NCBI GenBank assembly: GCA_963727235.1 | Contig: CAVSFZ010000013.1 | Location: forward strand, 362-64,361 | DNA: 64,000 nt | Direction: 5' to 3' | Origin: an uncultured Actinomycetes bacterium | Lineage (GTDB): Bacteria; Actinomycetota; Thermoleophilia; Gaiellales; JAICJC01 | In this document: positions 46,075 to 54,621 of the stretch, piece by piece | Layout of the letters: every line of letters starts with the position of its first letter | Numbering within the stretch: position 1 is the stretch's first letter | Position numbers and translations under genes: made by a program | Notes under the pieces: generated by a model | Seen by the model: only the letters and a program-made list of their open reading frames with translations | Databases searched by the model: none | Told to the model about the DNA's origin: nothing

Positions 46075-48437
46075 GGATCGTCGTCTTTCGCCTCCGCACC
46101 GAGCTGCGCGCACACTGGAGCGCCTGGCTGGTGGTGGCGATCGTGGTGGGGGTCGGAGCGGGAGCCGTGACAGCGGGCGCCGCGGGCGCCCGGCGGGCGA
46201 GCTCCGTCGCCGCCAGATTGTCCCAGGCAACCCACCGCGCCGACGCTGTGGTCGAGAGCGGGTACTTCTACGGCAGGTCGCAAATCAACCCCCACGCGAT
46301 GGCTCGGCTGTCGCAGGTCTCAGCGGTGGGTCGAACAGATTTCCTGGTGATCGACGGCCGCACCCGCTCTGGAGCGATCGTGTGGCCGGCCGAGAGCCCC
46401 GACCAACTCAACGTGTACGAGCCGGTCGTGTCGACGGAGCAGCAGCGCCTCGACCGGCCGGTCGTGATCAGCGGCAGACGTCCTGACCCGTCACACCCCG
46501 ACGAGGTGATGCTCGATCCCGACTCTGCCAGGATCATGGGCTATGGCGTTGGCGACAGCTTCGATCTGCGATTCGCCACACAACAGTTCATGCGCCACAA
46601 CGACGACTTCGGGTTCAGCAAGGATCCGCGCAGATACCCGAGCGGCCCACTGGTGCGATTGCACGTGGTGGGGGTGGGCACCAGCCTCGAAAGCCCCGGG
46701 ATCTGGCTCTCGCCGGCGTTCTACCCCGCCCACGATCGCGGACAGTTGCAGGCGTGGGTGCGCGCCGACGAGTTCGCACTGCGTGGAGGGGAAGCGGAAG
46801 TTCCGGCGTTCAACACGGGGGTGGAGAAGCTTGCCGGTGACGTCAACTTCGACTTCATCGACAACATGGACAGCACCGTCACCGCCCAGGATGGCGTGGA
46901 TCTCGAGACCAGGATGTTGTGGGCGGTCGTGATAGTGGGAGGGCTGGCGATGCTCGCGCTCACGGTGACGCTGCTTGCCCGTCAGGTGGCTGCCGGGGCC
47001 CGCGACTGGGACGTGCTGCGGGCGGTGGGCATGCGACGCCGGCAGCTGGTGTGGGTTGGCGCAGCTCAGGGGGCGGTGGTGGGATTGGTGGCGGCGCTGC
47101 TGGCAGGCGCAATCGCAATCGGCTTTTCGCCGCTCTTCCCGGTGGGACGCGCTCACACCCTCGAGCCGGCACCGGGAGTCTCCGTCGACGCCAGGATAAT
47201 CGCGATCGGGGTGGTGGCGATCATGCTCGTCTGCGTTCTCGCCTCGGCGTCGATCACCTGGCGGATGGCCGTCCGGCGCGGTTCGGTTCGCGGGCGGGCA
47301 GCCGGCCGCGGGGCCGTTCGGCTGCGACGCCTGCCACTGACGGCGGCCGCCGGACTCAGCGGGGCGTTCGATCGCGGCGCGGCGCGCGCGTCCATGGGTA
47401 CCACCATGGTGGGAGCCACCGTCGCGGTGTCGGCAGTGTGCGCCGCCATCGTGGTGACCATCAGCTTCAGCCACCTTCTGTCACACCCGGCGCTGTACGG
47501 CCAGAACTGGGATTTCGAGATCGGTGAGGGCGGATCCCCCCAGCCGCACGAGGTGAAGTTCCTGGAATCCAACCCGGCGGTGAGCGCGTTCGCCCTCGGT
47601 GCTACCGCCGCCACGGTTCACATCAATGGGGAGGCAACGGGCGTCCAGGCAATGACCCGCGGGTCGGTCACACCCACCGTCAAGTCCGGACGCGCCCCGC
47701 AGGCCGAGCACGAGATCCTTCTGGCCCCAGACACGATGGCGTCGCTGCACGCCCACATCGGGTCGTGGGTGGTCGCCCGCCGGCGCCATCGCTCAGCCCG
47801 CCTGCGCGTGGTCGGCGAAGGCCTCTTGCCGCCATCGTCCACCAACGGGCTGGGAGACGGGGCTGCGCTCACGATCGCAGGCTTGAAGCTGCTGGCTCAA
47901 AACAGCTTCGCGAGCCTCTTCCGGGTGCGCTTGGCTCCCGGGATCGACGCCGCCACGGGCCTCGCCGACCTCAGCCGCGGACAGATGGTGCTGTTCCCCT
48001 CGGTTCCGCCCCCGGAGGTCGCCGACACCGCCCGGCGACGCTCGCTCTCCTACGCCATCGCGGCGATCGCAGTCGCGGTTGCGGTGGTTGCGCTCGCACA
48101 CTCGCTGCTGACGTCGGTGCGTGACCGCCGGCGCGAGTTGGCAGTGCTCAAGACGGTGGGGTTCGTGCGATCGCAGCTGCTGATGACGGTCGTGTGGCAG
48201 GCGATCGTGGTGGCCGCCGTCGCGCTCGCGATCGGAATCCCGGTGGGGGTGGCGAGTGGAAGCTGGCTGTGGACTCGGATCGCCGGTGAGATGGGCGTTC
48301 TGCAGGTTACGGAGCATCCGCTCCCGGCGCTGCTGGCGGTGATCCCGGCGGTGCTCTTGATTGCAACCGCGACCGCGATCGTGCCCGGGCAACGCGCGGC
48401 GCGCACCCGCGCCGCACAGGCCCTCCGCACCGAATGA
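46071..48437 (+). CDS. FtsX/MacB-family ABC permease (duplicated 4-TM modules with large extracytoplasmic domains)
   Basis: 788 aa. Two FtsX-like TM bundles (LRAVGMRRRQL..., LKTVGFVRSQL...). 4-nt overlap with the ATPase gene. Confidence 0.8.
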   Translation: MRIVVFRLRTELRAHWSAWLVVAIVVGVGAGAVTAGAAGARRASSVAARLSQATHRADAVVESGYFYGRSQINPHAMARLSQVSAVGRTDFLVIDGRTRSGAIVWPAESPDQLNVYEPVVSTEQQRLDRPVVISGRRPDPSHPDEVMLDPDSARIMGYGVGDSFDLRFATQQFMRHNDDFGFSKDPRRYPSGPLVRLHVVGVGTSLESPGIWLSPAFYPAHDRGQLQAWVRADEFALRGGEAEVPAFNTGVEKLAGDVNFDFIDNMDSTVTAQDGVDLETRMLWAVVIVGGLAMLALTVTLLARQVAAGARDWDVLRAVGMRRRQLVWVGAAQGAVVGLVAALLAGAIAIGFSPLFPVGRAHTLEPAPGVSVDARIIAIGVVAIMLVCVLASASITWRMAVRRGSVRGRAAGRGAVRLRRLPLTAAAGLSGAFDRGAARASMGTTMVGATVAVSAVCAAIVVTISFSHLLSHPALYGQNWDFEIGEGGSPQPHEVKFLESNPAVSAFALGATAATVHINGEATGVQAMTRGSVTPTVKSGRAPQAEHEILLAPDTMASLHAHIGSWVVARRRHRSARLRVVGEGLLPPSSTNGLGDGAALTIAGLKLLAQNSFASLFRVRLAPGIDAATGLADLSRGQMVLFPSVPPPEVADTARRRSLSYAIAAIAVAVAVVALAHSLLTSVRDRRRELAVLKTVGFVRSQLLMTVVWQAIVVAAVALAIGIPVGVASGSWLWTRIAGEMGVLQVTEHPLPALLAVIPAVLLIATATAIVPGQRAARTRAAQALRTE

Positions 48438-49720
48438 ACGTCCGGCTCGCCGGCGCGCTGGCACTCGTCTTCCTGGTGGCGTCGGGCGGCGCGGCGATGC
48501 TGCTCACGCTGGGGCACTCCCCCACCGGCGGTGAGTGGGGCCTGGTGGCCGTGGGACTGCTCGCGGTGGCGGTGTCGGCGGTCGCCTTCCAGCCCCTGCG
48601 TGAGCGACTCAGCCGGTTTGGAGGGGGCCGCAGCTCCGACCCCCGCGACGTGCTGGAGGCAGCCGGAGGGCGCCTGGCGCATCCGCTGCCGCTGGACGAC
48701 CTGCTGACGGAGGTGGCCCAGTCGCTGCGGGCGGTGTTCCGCATCGACGCAGCAGAGGTGTGGACCTACGACGAGCCGACACTCGAGCTGGCAGCGTCCG
48801 ACCCCTACCGTCTACGCCGTCGGCTGGAGATCGCTCCGGCCGAAGCCAAGGCGATGCTGGGTGCGCACCTGGCCGGCCCGGCGTGGTTGCGCGTGTGGCT
48901 GCCGGGGATGCTCGAGGGGCGGCGGGAACGCAGCCTTCGCGCGGCAGTGATCCGACAGCCGGGCGAGCTGCTCGGGTTGATCGTGATCGAGCTTGCCGAC
49001 GGGCAGGAGGAGCTCACCGTCGCCCAAGAGCAGGCCCTGGCCGATCTCACCCGCCAAGTCGGCCTGACGCTCCAAAACGCCCGACGGGCAGACGAGCTGC
49101 GGTTTTCGCGGGCGCGGGTGGTCGCGGCGGGAGACGCCGAACGGCGTCGGATCGAACGCGACCTGCACGACGGCGCCCAGCAGCATTTGGTCGCGATCTC
49201 GGTCAACCTGAGAACCGCTCGCGATCTGGCCGACTCCGATCCCGATCGCGCGGCGGAGTTGCTGGGACGGCTGGGGGAGGACATCGAAGCCGCGATGCGC
49301 GAGCTCCGCGACCTGGCGCACGGTATCTACCCGCCGTTACTTCAGCAACGCGGACTTGGGGACGCGCTCCGAGTGGCTTCTGACCGGACGCCGCTGGCGG
49401 TGTCAGTGGATACCGGCGGCGTCGGCCGCCAGTCTCAGGATGTCGAGGCCGCGGTGTACTTCTGCTGCGTCGAGGCTATGCACAACGCGACCAAGCATGC
49501 CGGCGACGATACGAAGGTGTGGATACGCCTCGAGCAGCTCGACGGGCGCATCGAGTTCGAGGTCAGCGACAACGGGTCGGGGTTCGACCGCGCCGCGGTC
49601 AACGGCGGAGCGGGCCTGGTGGGGATGAGCGACCGCGTGGCCGCGCTCGGCGGGCGCCTCGATGTCGACTCCGGCCCGGGCCGGGGCACCACGGTCCACG
49701 GCACGATCCCCTGTGAATAA
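48434..49720 (+). CDS. sensor histidine kinase (HisKA_3 type)
   Basis: ERRRIERDLHDGAQQHL, HNATKHAG, DNGSGF, GLVGMSDR. 4-nt overlap with the permease gene. Confidence 0.85.
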   Translation: MNVRLAGALALVFLVASGGAAMLLTLGHSPTGGEWGLVAVGLLAVAVSAVAFQPLRERLSRFGGGRSSDPRDVLEAAGGRLAHPLPLDDLLTEVAQSLRAVFRIDAAEVWTYDEPTLELAASDPYRLRRRLEIAPAEAKAMLGAHLAGPAWLRVWLPGMLEGRRERSLRAAVIRQPGELLGLIVIELADGQEELTVAQEQALADLTRQVGLTLQNARRADELRFSRARVVAAGDAERRRIERDLHDGAQQHLVAISVNLRTARDLADSDPDRAAELLGRLGEDIEAAMRELRDLAHGIYPPLLQQRGLGDALRVASDRTPLAVSVDTGGVGRQSQDVEAAVYFCCVEAMHNATKHAGDDTKVWIRLEQLDGRIEFEVSDNGSGFDRAAVNGGAGLVGMSDRVAALGGRLDVDSGPGRGTTVHGTIPCE

Positions 49721-49742
49721 CGGTGCCAGGCACCGTTATTCA
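49714..49742. terminator. 29-nt perfect palindrome TGAATAACGGTGCC-A-GGCACCGTTATTCA (copy 3 of 3, compensated variant)
   Basis: Same ends and core as copies 1 and 2. AAAAGG/CCTTTT is replaced by AACGG/CCGTT on both arms, so pairing is kept. It contains the TAA stops of the kinase gene (49718-49720) and the response regulator gene (49736-49738, minus strand). Confidence 0.6.
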
Positions 49743-50404
49743 CGCGCTTCGGAGAGGTACACCAGCACCGCCTTGACGCGCTTGTGAGTGTCCATCTCGT
49801 AGGTCAGCCCCAGCTTCCCGAAGATCGAGTGGATGTACTTCTCGACCGAGCGCTCGGTGATCACCATCGCGGCGGCGATGGCGGCGTTGTTCTTGCCCTT
49901 GGCCATCTCCGAGAGAATCTCCCGCTCACGAGGCGTGAGATCGGCGAGCTGGGATTGCTCAGCGGTCATCCGCGTGGCGACGAGCGCGTCGACGATGCTC
50001 GCATCCACCGCCGAACCTCCGGCGGCGACCGATCGGATCGCAGCGGTCAGCTCGTCCACGTGGGCCAACCGCTCCTTGAGGAGATACGCCCGGCCGGCCG
50101 AGCCGTGCTCGAACAACGTGATCGCATACTGCGCATTGGCAAACTGGCTCAGCACGACGACGCCGATCTGCGGATGGTGTGTCCGCAGCCAGGCCGCCGC
50201 ACGGATGCCCTCGTCAGTGAAGTCTGGGGGCATGCGCACATCGGTGAGCACGACGTCCGGCACCAGGTCTGCAACCGAGTCGGTCAGACCGGCAAGGTCG
50301 CTGCACACGCCCGCAATCTCGATGTCCGACTCGCGCTCGAGCATGCGGGTGACACCCTCACGCACGAGATAGCTGTCTTCCGCCAAGACGATCCGGATCG
50401 CCAT
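49736..50404 (-). CDS. NarL/FixJ-family response regulator
   Basis: IRIVLAEDSYLVREG...DVRMPP plus the HTH LTPREREILSEMAKGKNNAAIAAAMVITERSVEKYI. Confidence 0.9.
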   Translation of the reverse strand: MAIRIVLAEDSYLVREGVTRMLERESDIEIAGVCSDLAGLTDSVADLVPDVVLTDVRMPPDFTDEGIRAAAWLRTHHPQIGVVVLSQFANAQYAITLFEHGSAGRAYLLKERLAHVDELTAAIRSVAAGGSAVDASIVDALVATRMTAEQSQLADLTPREREILSEMAKGKNNAAIAAAMVITERSVEKYIHSIFGKLGLTYEMDTHKRVKAVLVYLSEARE

Positions 50405-50413
50405 CCGGCGAGC

Positions 50414-51022
50414 TTACTCCGCGTCGCGCATGAGGCGGTGGCCGTGCTCGATGCCCTCCGGCCCAGTCAGCCGGTGGATCACGACGTTGAAAAGCCGCGA
50501 CAGCTCGTGCTTGGCCTTCGCGTCGCCGGCATGGTGGTGGTGTTTGCGCGGAAGTTGTGACCCCCGCACGCGCACGGCACCGACGTAGGTGTCGGCGTAC
50601 CAGCCGGTGTCGAGGCTGTCGATGGAGACCACGGTGCCGGTGTGCGGCGCGTGGATGAAGCGCCCGTGCCCCAGGTAGAGGCCGACGTGGTTGAGCCCGT
50701 CGAAGAACACGAGATCTCCTGGGAGAAGCTCGGATCTGGACACGTGGCGACCGGCGTCCCACTGACCGTAGCTCGAGTGCGGAAGCTCGATGCCGAGCTG
50801 CAGGTACACGTACCGGGTGAAGCCTGAGCAGTCGAATCCGCTGGGAGTTGAGCCGGCCCACTGGTACGGCACTCCGCGGAGGTGAAGCGACTGCCCGGCG
50901 GCCGAATCGGCGACCGTGAGGACGTCCGGCTGAGGCACCTCGGCCGGGATATACGAGGAAGCCTGAGCGGCTGTAGGAGCAAGAAGCAAGAGCACCAAAA
51001 CAAGAGCGAGCGATCGTGGCAT
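50414..51022 (-). CDS. secreted NlpC/P60 (C40) cell-wall peptidase
   Basis: Signal peptide MPRSLALVLVLLLLAPTAAQA (start trimmed to 51022). Catalytic YQWAGSTPSGFDCSGF and GDLVFF..LNHVGLYLGHGRFIHAP. Confidence 0.85.
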   Translation of the reverse strand: MPRSLALVLVLLLLAPTAAQASSYIPAEVPQPDVLTVADSAAGQSLHLRGVPYQWAGSTPSGFDCSGFTRYVYLQLGIELPHSSYGQWDAGRHVSRSELLPGDLVFFDGLNHVGLYLGHGRFIHAPHTGTVVSIDSLDTGWYADTYVGAVRVRGSQLPRKHHHHAGDAKAKHELSRLFNVVIHRLTGPEGIEHGHRLMRDAE

Positions 51023-51150
51023 ACCGACACAATCAAGCACAAGGTCGTCACAATGTCCAATCGGAAGTGCAACGTACGGCGCGATCGCAAGCTCCGGTGG
51101 AGCGCGACATGACTTGTTCCACAGCTGTCCCAATTAGGACGCACTAAACG

Positions 51151-51178
51151 CAGAGGCCGCCTCGAAAGGCGGCCTCTG
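51151..51178 (-). terminator. strong hairpin CAGAGGCCGCC-n6-GGCGGCCTCTG
   Basis: 11-bp perfect stem with GCGTTT following on the minus strand. It lies 112 nt downstream of the SnoaL-like stop and 129 nt upstream of the NlpC/P60 start. Confidence 0.55.
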
Positions 51179-51289
51179 TAAACAGCAGCGGCGAGGGTGG
51201 GCTCTAGCTGCGCGAGATCACCGGACTGGGCGCCGAGGCAGCGGAAGCTGATAATCCCGACCCCCGCCGGCGTCTCATGTGCGCTGCGG

Positions 51290-51721
51290 CTACTGGATCC
51301 AGCCAAGCTCGCGCATTGCCCATCCGGCGTTCCAGATCTTGGTCATGTGGCTGATCTTGCCATCCTCGAACGCGATCGCGTACACGTAGTCGGAACTGGT
51401 GTGCTTGCCGCCCTGCGGCAGCGGACCGCCCTCGGCGCTGTGGGTGCCGGAGAAGACCCCGTAGATACACACGGTATCGGAGGCCGGGTCGGTGGCAAAT
51501 GACTTCACCGCAGCGGTGCCGTCGGGGACGAAGGTGAGCAAGCCCTGCATCCAGTCGGTGTACTCCGCGAGGGTGGACATCGCAGCGATCGGTTCCGCCT
51601 GCGATGAGAAGGTGGCGCCTGGTCGGCAGTACCGGGCGCATCCGGCCCAGCCCGCGCCTGTCTCACAGGCGTCGAAGAATGCTCGGGCGGTATCGCTGAT
51701 CGATTCGGTATGGACGGACAT
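51290..51721 (-). CDS. SnoaL/NTF2-like fold protein
   Basis: 143 aa. ARAFFDACETG...YTDWMQGLL...VCIYGVFSGTH...ISHMTKIWN pattern of SnoaL-like proteins. Confidence 0.65.
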   Translation of the reverse strand: MSVHTESISDTARAFFDACETGAGWAGCARYCRPGATFSSQAEPIAAMSTLAEYTDWMQGLLTFVPDGTAAVKSFATDPASDTVCIYGVFSGTHSAEGGPLPQGGKHTSSDYVYAIAFEDGKISHMTKIWNAGWAMRELGWIQ

Positions 51722-51765
51722 CGTGACCTCCGGTCATGGAATGGTTTCGTCGGGATCGCGCAGCG

Positions 51766-52401
51766 TCAGGCGGCCATCTCCGGGATAGGTGTGCGGGCAT
51801 GCTCTGGAGACGACGAGGCGATCAGCCACACCCCGGTGACCAGGCCCCAGAGAAGCGTCAGGAAGAACGGGAAGAAGAGGAACGAAAGGAGCACGAGCAG
51901 CCCAACGACGCCCGAGAACGCCCGCATCCATGCCGGGGCTCGGCGTCCCTCCAAGGCGATCACGAGCAGCGAGATGCCCAGCATCACACCGGTCACGACC
52001 AGGAAGACACCCCAGCCGGCCTGGATGATGGTGTAGGCAACCCGCGGATCGATCGAGGGCCCACCGCCTAAATCTTTCGACGTCACCGGTGTCACGACGA
52101 TCACCCAGCCCGCTACCATCGCCCCGGCGGCGAGGAGGGACGCCCCCCAACCGACCCGCTGCGCCCCCCGGTCTGTCACGGTTGTCTCGACCAGGTAGCC
52201 CATCACCACCATCAGCGCGGCGGCTGCAGCGGCCACGACGAGCACAGAGAGAACCATGCGCGCGCCGGACTGGGCGATGAACGTGTTCACCTCGGACGCC
52301 TTGTAGTTGCCACCCGGTGGGCTCGCGGCAAACGCGCCCGTGATCAGGAGCACGGTGAAGAGAATGCCACCGAACCCTGCGACCTTCCTGTTCTGCATCA
52401 T
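51766..52401 (-). CDS. polytopic membrane protein, unknown function
   Basis: 211 aa with about 6 TM helices. GAGGAGG lies 5 nt upstream of ATGATG. Confidence 0.5.
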   Translation of the reverse strand: MMQNRKVAGFGGILFTVLLITGAFAASPPGGNYKASEVNTFIAQSGARMVLSVLVVAAAAAALMVVMGYLVETTVTDRGAQRVGWGASLLAAGAMVAGWVIVVTPVTSKDLGGGPSIDPRVAYTIIQAGWGVFLVVTGVMLGISLLVIALEGRRAPAWMRAFSGVVGLLVLLSFLFFPFFLTLLWGLVTGVWLIASSSPEHARTPIPEMAA

Positions 52402-52426
52402 GTACCTCCTCGAGTTTGAGATCGCC

Positions 52427-52490
52427 CATGTGGATCAGGCTAGGGGTGCGGCGGCTCGCGCCGAAACGGGGAAACCCACATGGTTTGACC
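52427..52490 (-). promoter_or_regulatory. conserved 64-nt upstream block, copy A
   Basis: Minus strand: GGTCAAACCATGTGGGTTTCCCCGTTTCGGCGCG-n13-CCTAGCCTGATCCACATG. Aligns without gaps to copy B at 54554-54617. Confidence 0.4.
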
Positions 52491-52562
52491 ACCAGCCCTC
52501 GCCGTCGCCGAGCGCGGTGGGCCGGCGGGCACCAGCATCGCTCCGGTGCCCGCCGATTCCGT

Positions 52563-54218
52563 CTAGCTCACAGGTGTGGTTGCGGTCGCCGAGTTGTTGG
52601 CAGCGACCGGGTCGGCCGTGGCCGAGCTGACCGTGACGGTGTCGAGCAGCTGACCGCCCGGCGGTGTGCGTACGGTGACCGTGATATCCACCTCACGGCT
52701 GCCGCCCGATGGGAGTGATTTGACGGTGCAGGTGACCGTTCCGGTGGCGCCCACCCTCGGTGCCTTGCAGCTCATCCCCGCGAGCGGGGTCACGCTGACG
52801 ACGCGGACGTCGCTGGGCACGACGTCGGCCAGAACGACCGTCTTCGCCGCACTTGGCCCGTTGTCGGCGATGGAGATCGACCAGGTCAGCGTGCCACCGG
52901 ATGCAACGGCCGCGGGGAAGTCCCTGATGTCGGTTGCGAGATCCGCGCTGGGGTCGCCGGTACCCGAGAGCGCCACCGCTTGAGGGCTGCCGGTTGCGTC
53001 GTCGGCGACCGCGAGCGTTGCGGTCTTCGGCCCGACGTTGCGGGGAGCGAACCGGACGAGGGCCGAACGGGTGTCACCCGGAGCCACCGGTACCGCCGTG
53101 CAGGTCTGCTTACCCAGCTTGAACGATGTGGAGCCACTTCCGGACATCGAGAGCCCCGAGACATGCACCGGCACGGTGCCGGTGTTCGTCACGACCACCG
53201 ACCGGTATGCCGAGACCGTCCCGACCGGCTGAGATCCGAATGCGATCGAGCCCGGCGCGACCGAGACGGTTGGCGCAGCGGTGCCGGCACCGCTCAGCGC
53301 GACCTGATCGGGGCTCGATCCGGCGTTGCTCGCCACATCGAGATTGGCGCTTCGGCCCCCGATCCCCTGTGGGGAGAACGACACCGACGCCGAGCACGTC
53401 TGGCCGGCACCGAGCGTCGACGCACACGTGGTCGACGCAATCGCAAAATCGCCGCTGTTTGCGCCCGAGATCGAGAGCGCGACGTTCTTCAGGTCGTCAT
53501 TGCCGGAGTTCGTCACGGTGACCTGCTGTGCCGCGCTCGTCGACCCGACCGTCTGACTTCCGAATCCCAGGGCGGAGGTCGAGAGCTGCACGGCCGGATC
53601 CACGTACCAGAACCCGCCCGAGAACTCCTCACGCACGATCGATCCGTTGGTGCTCAGGCTGTTGAAGAGCGCGAGTGCAGGCGTCCAGCCGTTGTAGTCG
53701 GCTTCGAACAGCAGGTTCACGCTGTACGTCGTGCTCGCGTCGACAACCGGCACGAGGCCGCCCCTCTGAGGATCGAAACCCACCGCGGAGGGATCCATCA
53801 GCGGCACCGGCTGGGCGCCACTCGTGACCTTCATCGTCAGACGGGTGGGTAGGTCGAGATCGTTTCCAGACACGTTAATGGTCGCGTGTCCGGTCCACAC
53901 CACCAGGCCTGTGGCGAGGTCGGTGTCGGCGCTCGAGACTGCGAGCGTCTCACCCGGCTGGTCGATGTTCCCGTCGAACGCAAGCGCAGGTGGCGTCGAG
54001 CTTCCCCACACCATCTGCGTCCAGCCGACCTGATCGAAGCCGGAGTATGACCATGTCAGCCCACCGGGGAGACCGATCCCGCCGCTGCTCGTCACGTTCA
54101 CACCGCCCGGCGGCGGATAGACCGGTCCGGTCGGCCCCGAGGGTGATGCCTCCACCCTCGCCGCACCGGCCACCGACACGATCGCGAGCACGAGCCCTGC
54201 TGCTAACAACCTGCGCAT
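52563..54218 (-). CDS. secreted multi-domain protein (choice-of-anchor-D/ASH-like Ig repeats plus DUF11-like C-terminal domain)
   Basis: Signal peptide. Two repeats of the type FG.Q.VG..S....V.V.N.G...L....S.SG....F......C...L..G..C...V.F.P. The C-terminal part is TLTWSISIADNGPSAAKTVVLADVVP. Confidence 0.7.
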   Translation of the reverse strand: MRRLLAAGLVLAIVSVAGAARVEASPSGPTGPVYPPPGGVNVTSSGGIGLPGGLTWSYSGFDQVGWTQMVWGSSTPPALAFDGNIDQPGETLAVSSADTDLATGLVVWTGHATINVSGNDLDLPTRLTMKVTSGAQPVPLMDPSAVGFDPQRGGLVPVVDASTTYSVNLLFEADYNGWTPALALFNSLSTNGSIVREEFSGGFWYVDPAVQLSTSALGFGSQTVGSTSAAQQVTVTNSGNDDLKNVALSISGANSGDFAIASTTCASTLGAGQTCSASVSFSPQGIGGRSANLDVASNAGSSPDQVALSGAGTAAPTVSVAPGSIAFGSQPVGTVSAYRSVVVTNTGTVPVHVSGLSMSGSGSTSFKLGKQTCTAVPVAPGDTRSALVRFAPRNVGPKTATLAVADDATGSPQAVALSGTGDPSADLATDIRDFPAAVASGGTLTWSISIADNGPSAAKTVVLADVVPSDVRVVSVTPLAGMSCKAPRVGATGTVTCTVKSLPSGGSREVDITVTVRTPPGGQLLDTVTVSSATADPVAANNSATATTPVS

Positions 54219-54556
54219 GTCATCTCCTTCGGGGTTTGGTACCTGCCAGGCACTGCACGTCTCGAGAACATCAGCCCCCCCTGGGTCGAGTCGGCGCCGC
54301 CCTCACGCTCCACCGCAGTCACGATCCGGATCGGCTTCACACCCGCGGCACGGCCGGCCCGCCAGACGGCGTCGATCGAGTCTGCGTCGAACACGTGAAA
54401 GCAGATCTCGTCGGCCTCGACGAACGTCGACCGGATGTGGGTTATCGGCTCCCCGGCGGCCGAGACCGCCTCGGCCGCCCGGGTCACCATCCCCTCCACG
54501 GCGGCGACGTCCGCGAACCGCGATCGCTGTAGGTAGCACTCGGCGACGTATCGCAT
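54203..54556 (-). CDS. small cytoplasmic protein, unknown function (possibly DUF4242-like)
   Basis: 117 aa. The ATG lies immediately downstream of conserved block B. The stop overlaps the start of the downstream secreted-protein gene by 16 nt. Confidence 0.45.
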   Translation of the reverse strand: MRYVAECYLQRSRFADVAAVEGMVTRAAEAVSAAGEPITHIRSTFVEADEICFHVFDADSIDAVWRAGRAAGVKPIRIVTAVEREGGADSTQGGLMFSRRAVPGRYQTPKEMTCAGC

Positions 54557-54617
54557 GCGGATCAGGCTAGGACGGACACCCCGCGCGCCGAAACGCGGAA
54601 ACCCACACTGTTTGCCC
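54554..54617 (-). promoter_or_regulatory. conserved 64-nt upstream block, copy B
   Basis: Minus strand: GGGCAAACAGTGTGGGTTTCCGCGTTTCGGCGCG-n13-CCTAGCCTGATCCGCATG. The -10-like TAGCCT is 7 nt from the ATG, which would make the transcript leaderless. Confidence 0.4.
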
Positions 54618-54621
54618 GCCG

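Noticed and set aside
51734-52492. 252-aa minus ORF that includes the ATG positioned like the leaderless start of promoter block B
   Set aside because: Its product is Arg/Gly/Asp-rich with no hydrophobic core. The overlapping 211-aa frame (51766-52401) encodes a convincing polytopic membrane protein with a GAGGAGG SD sequence.
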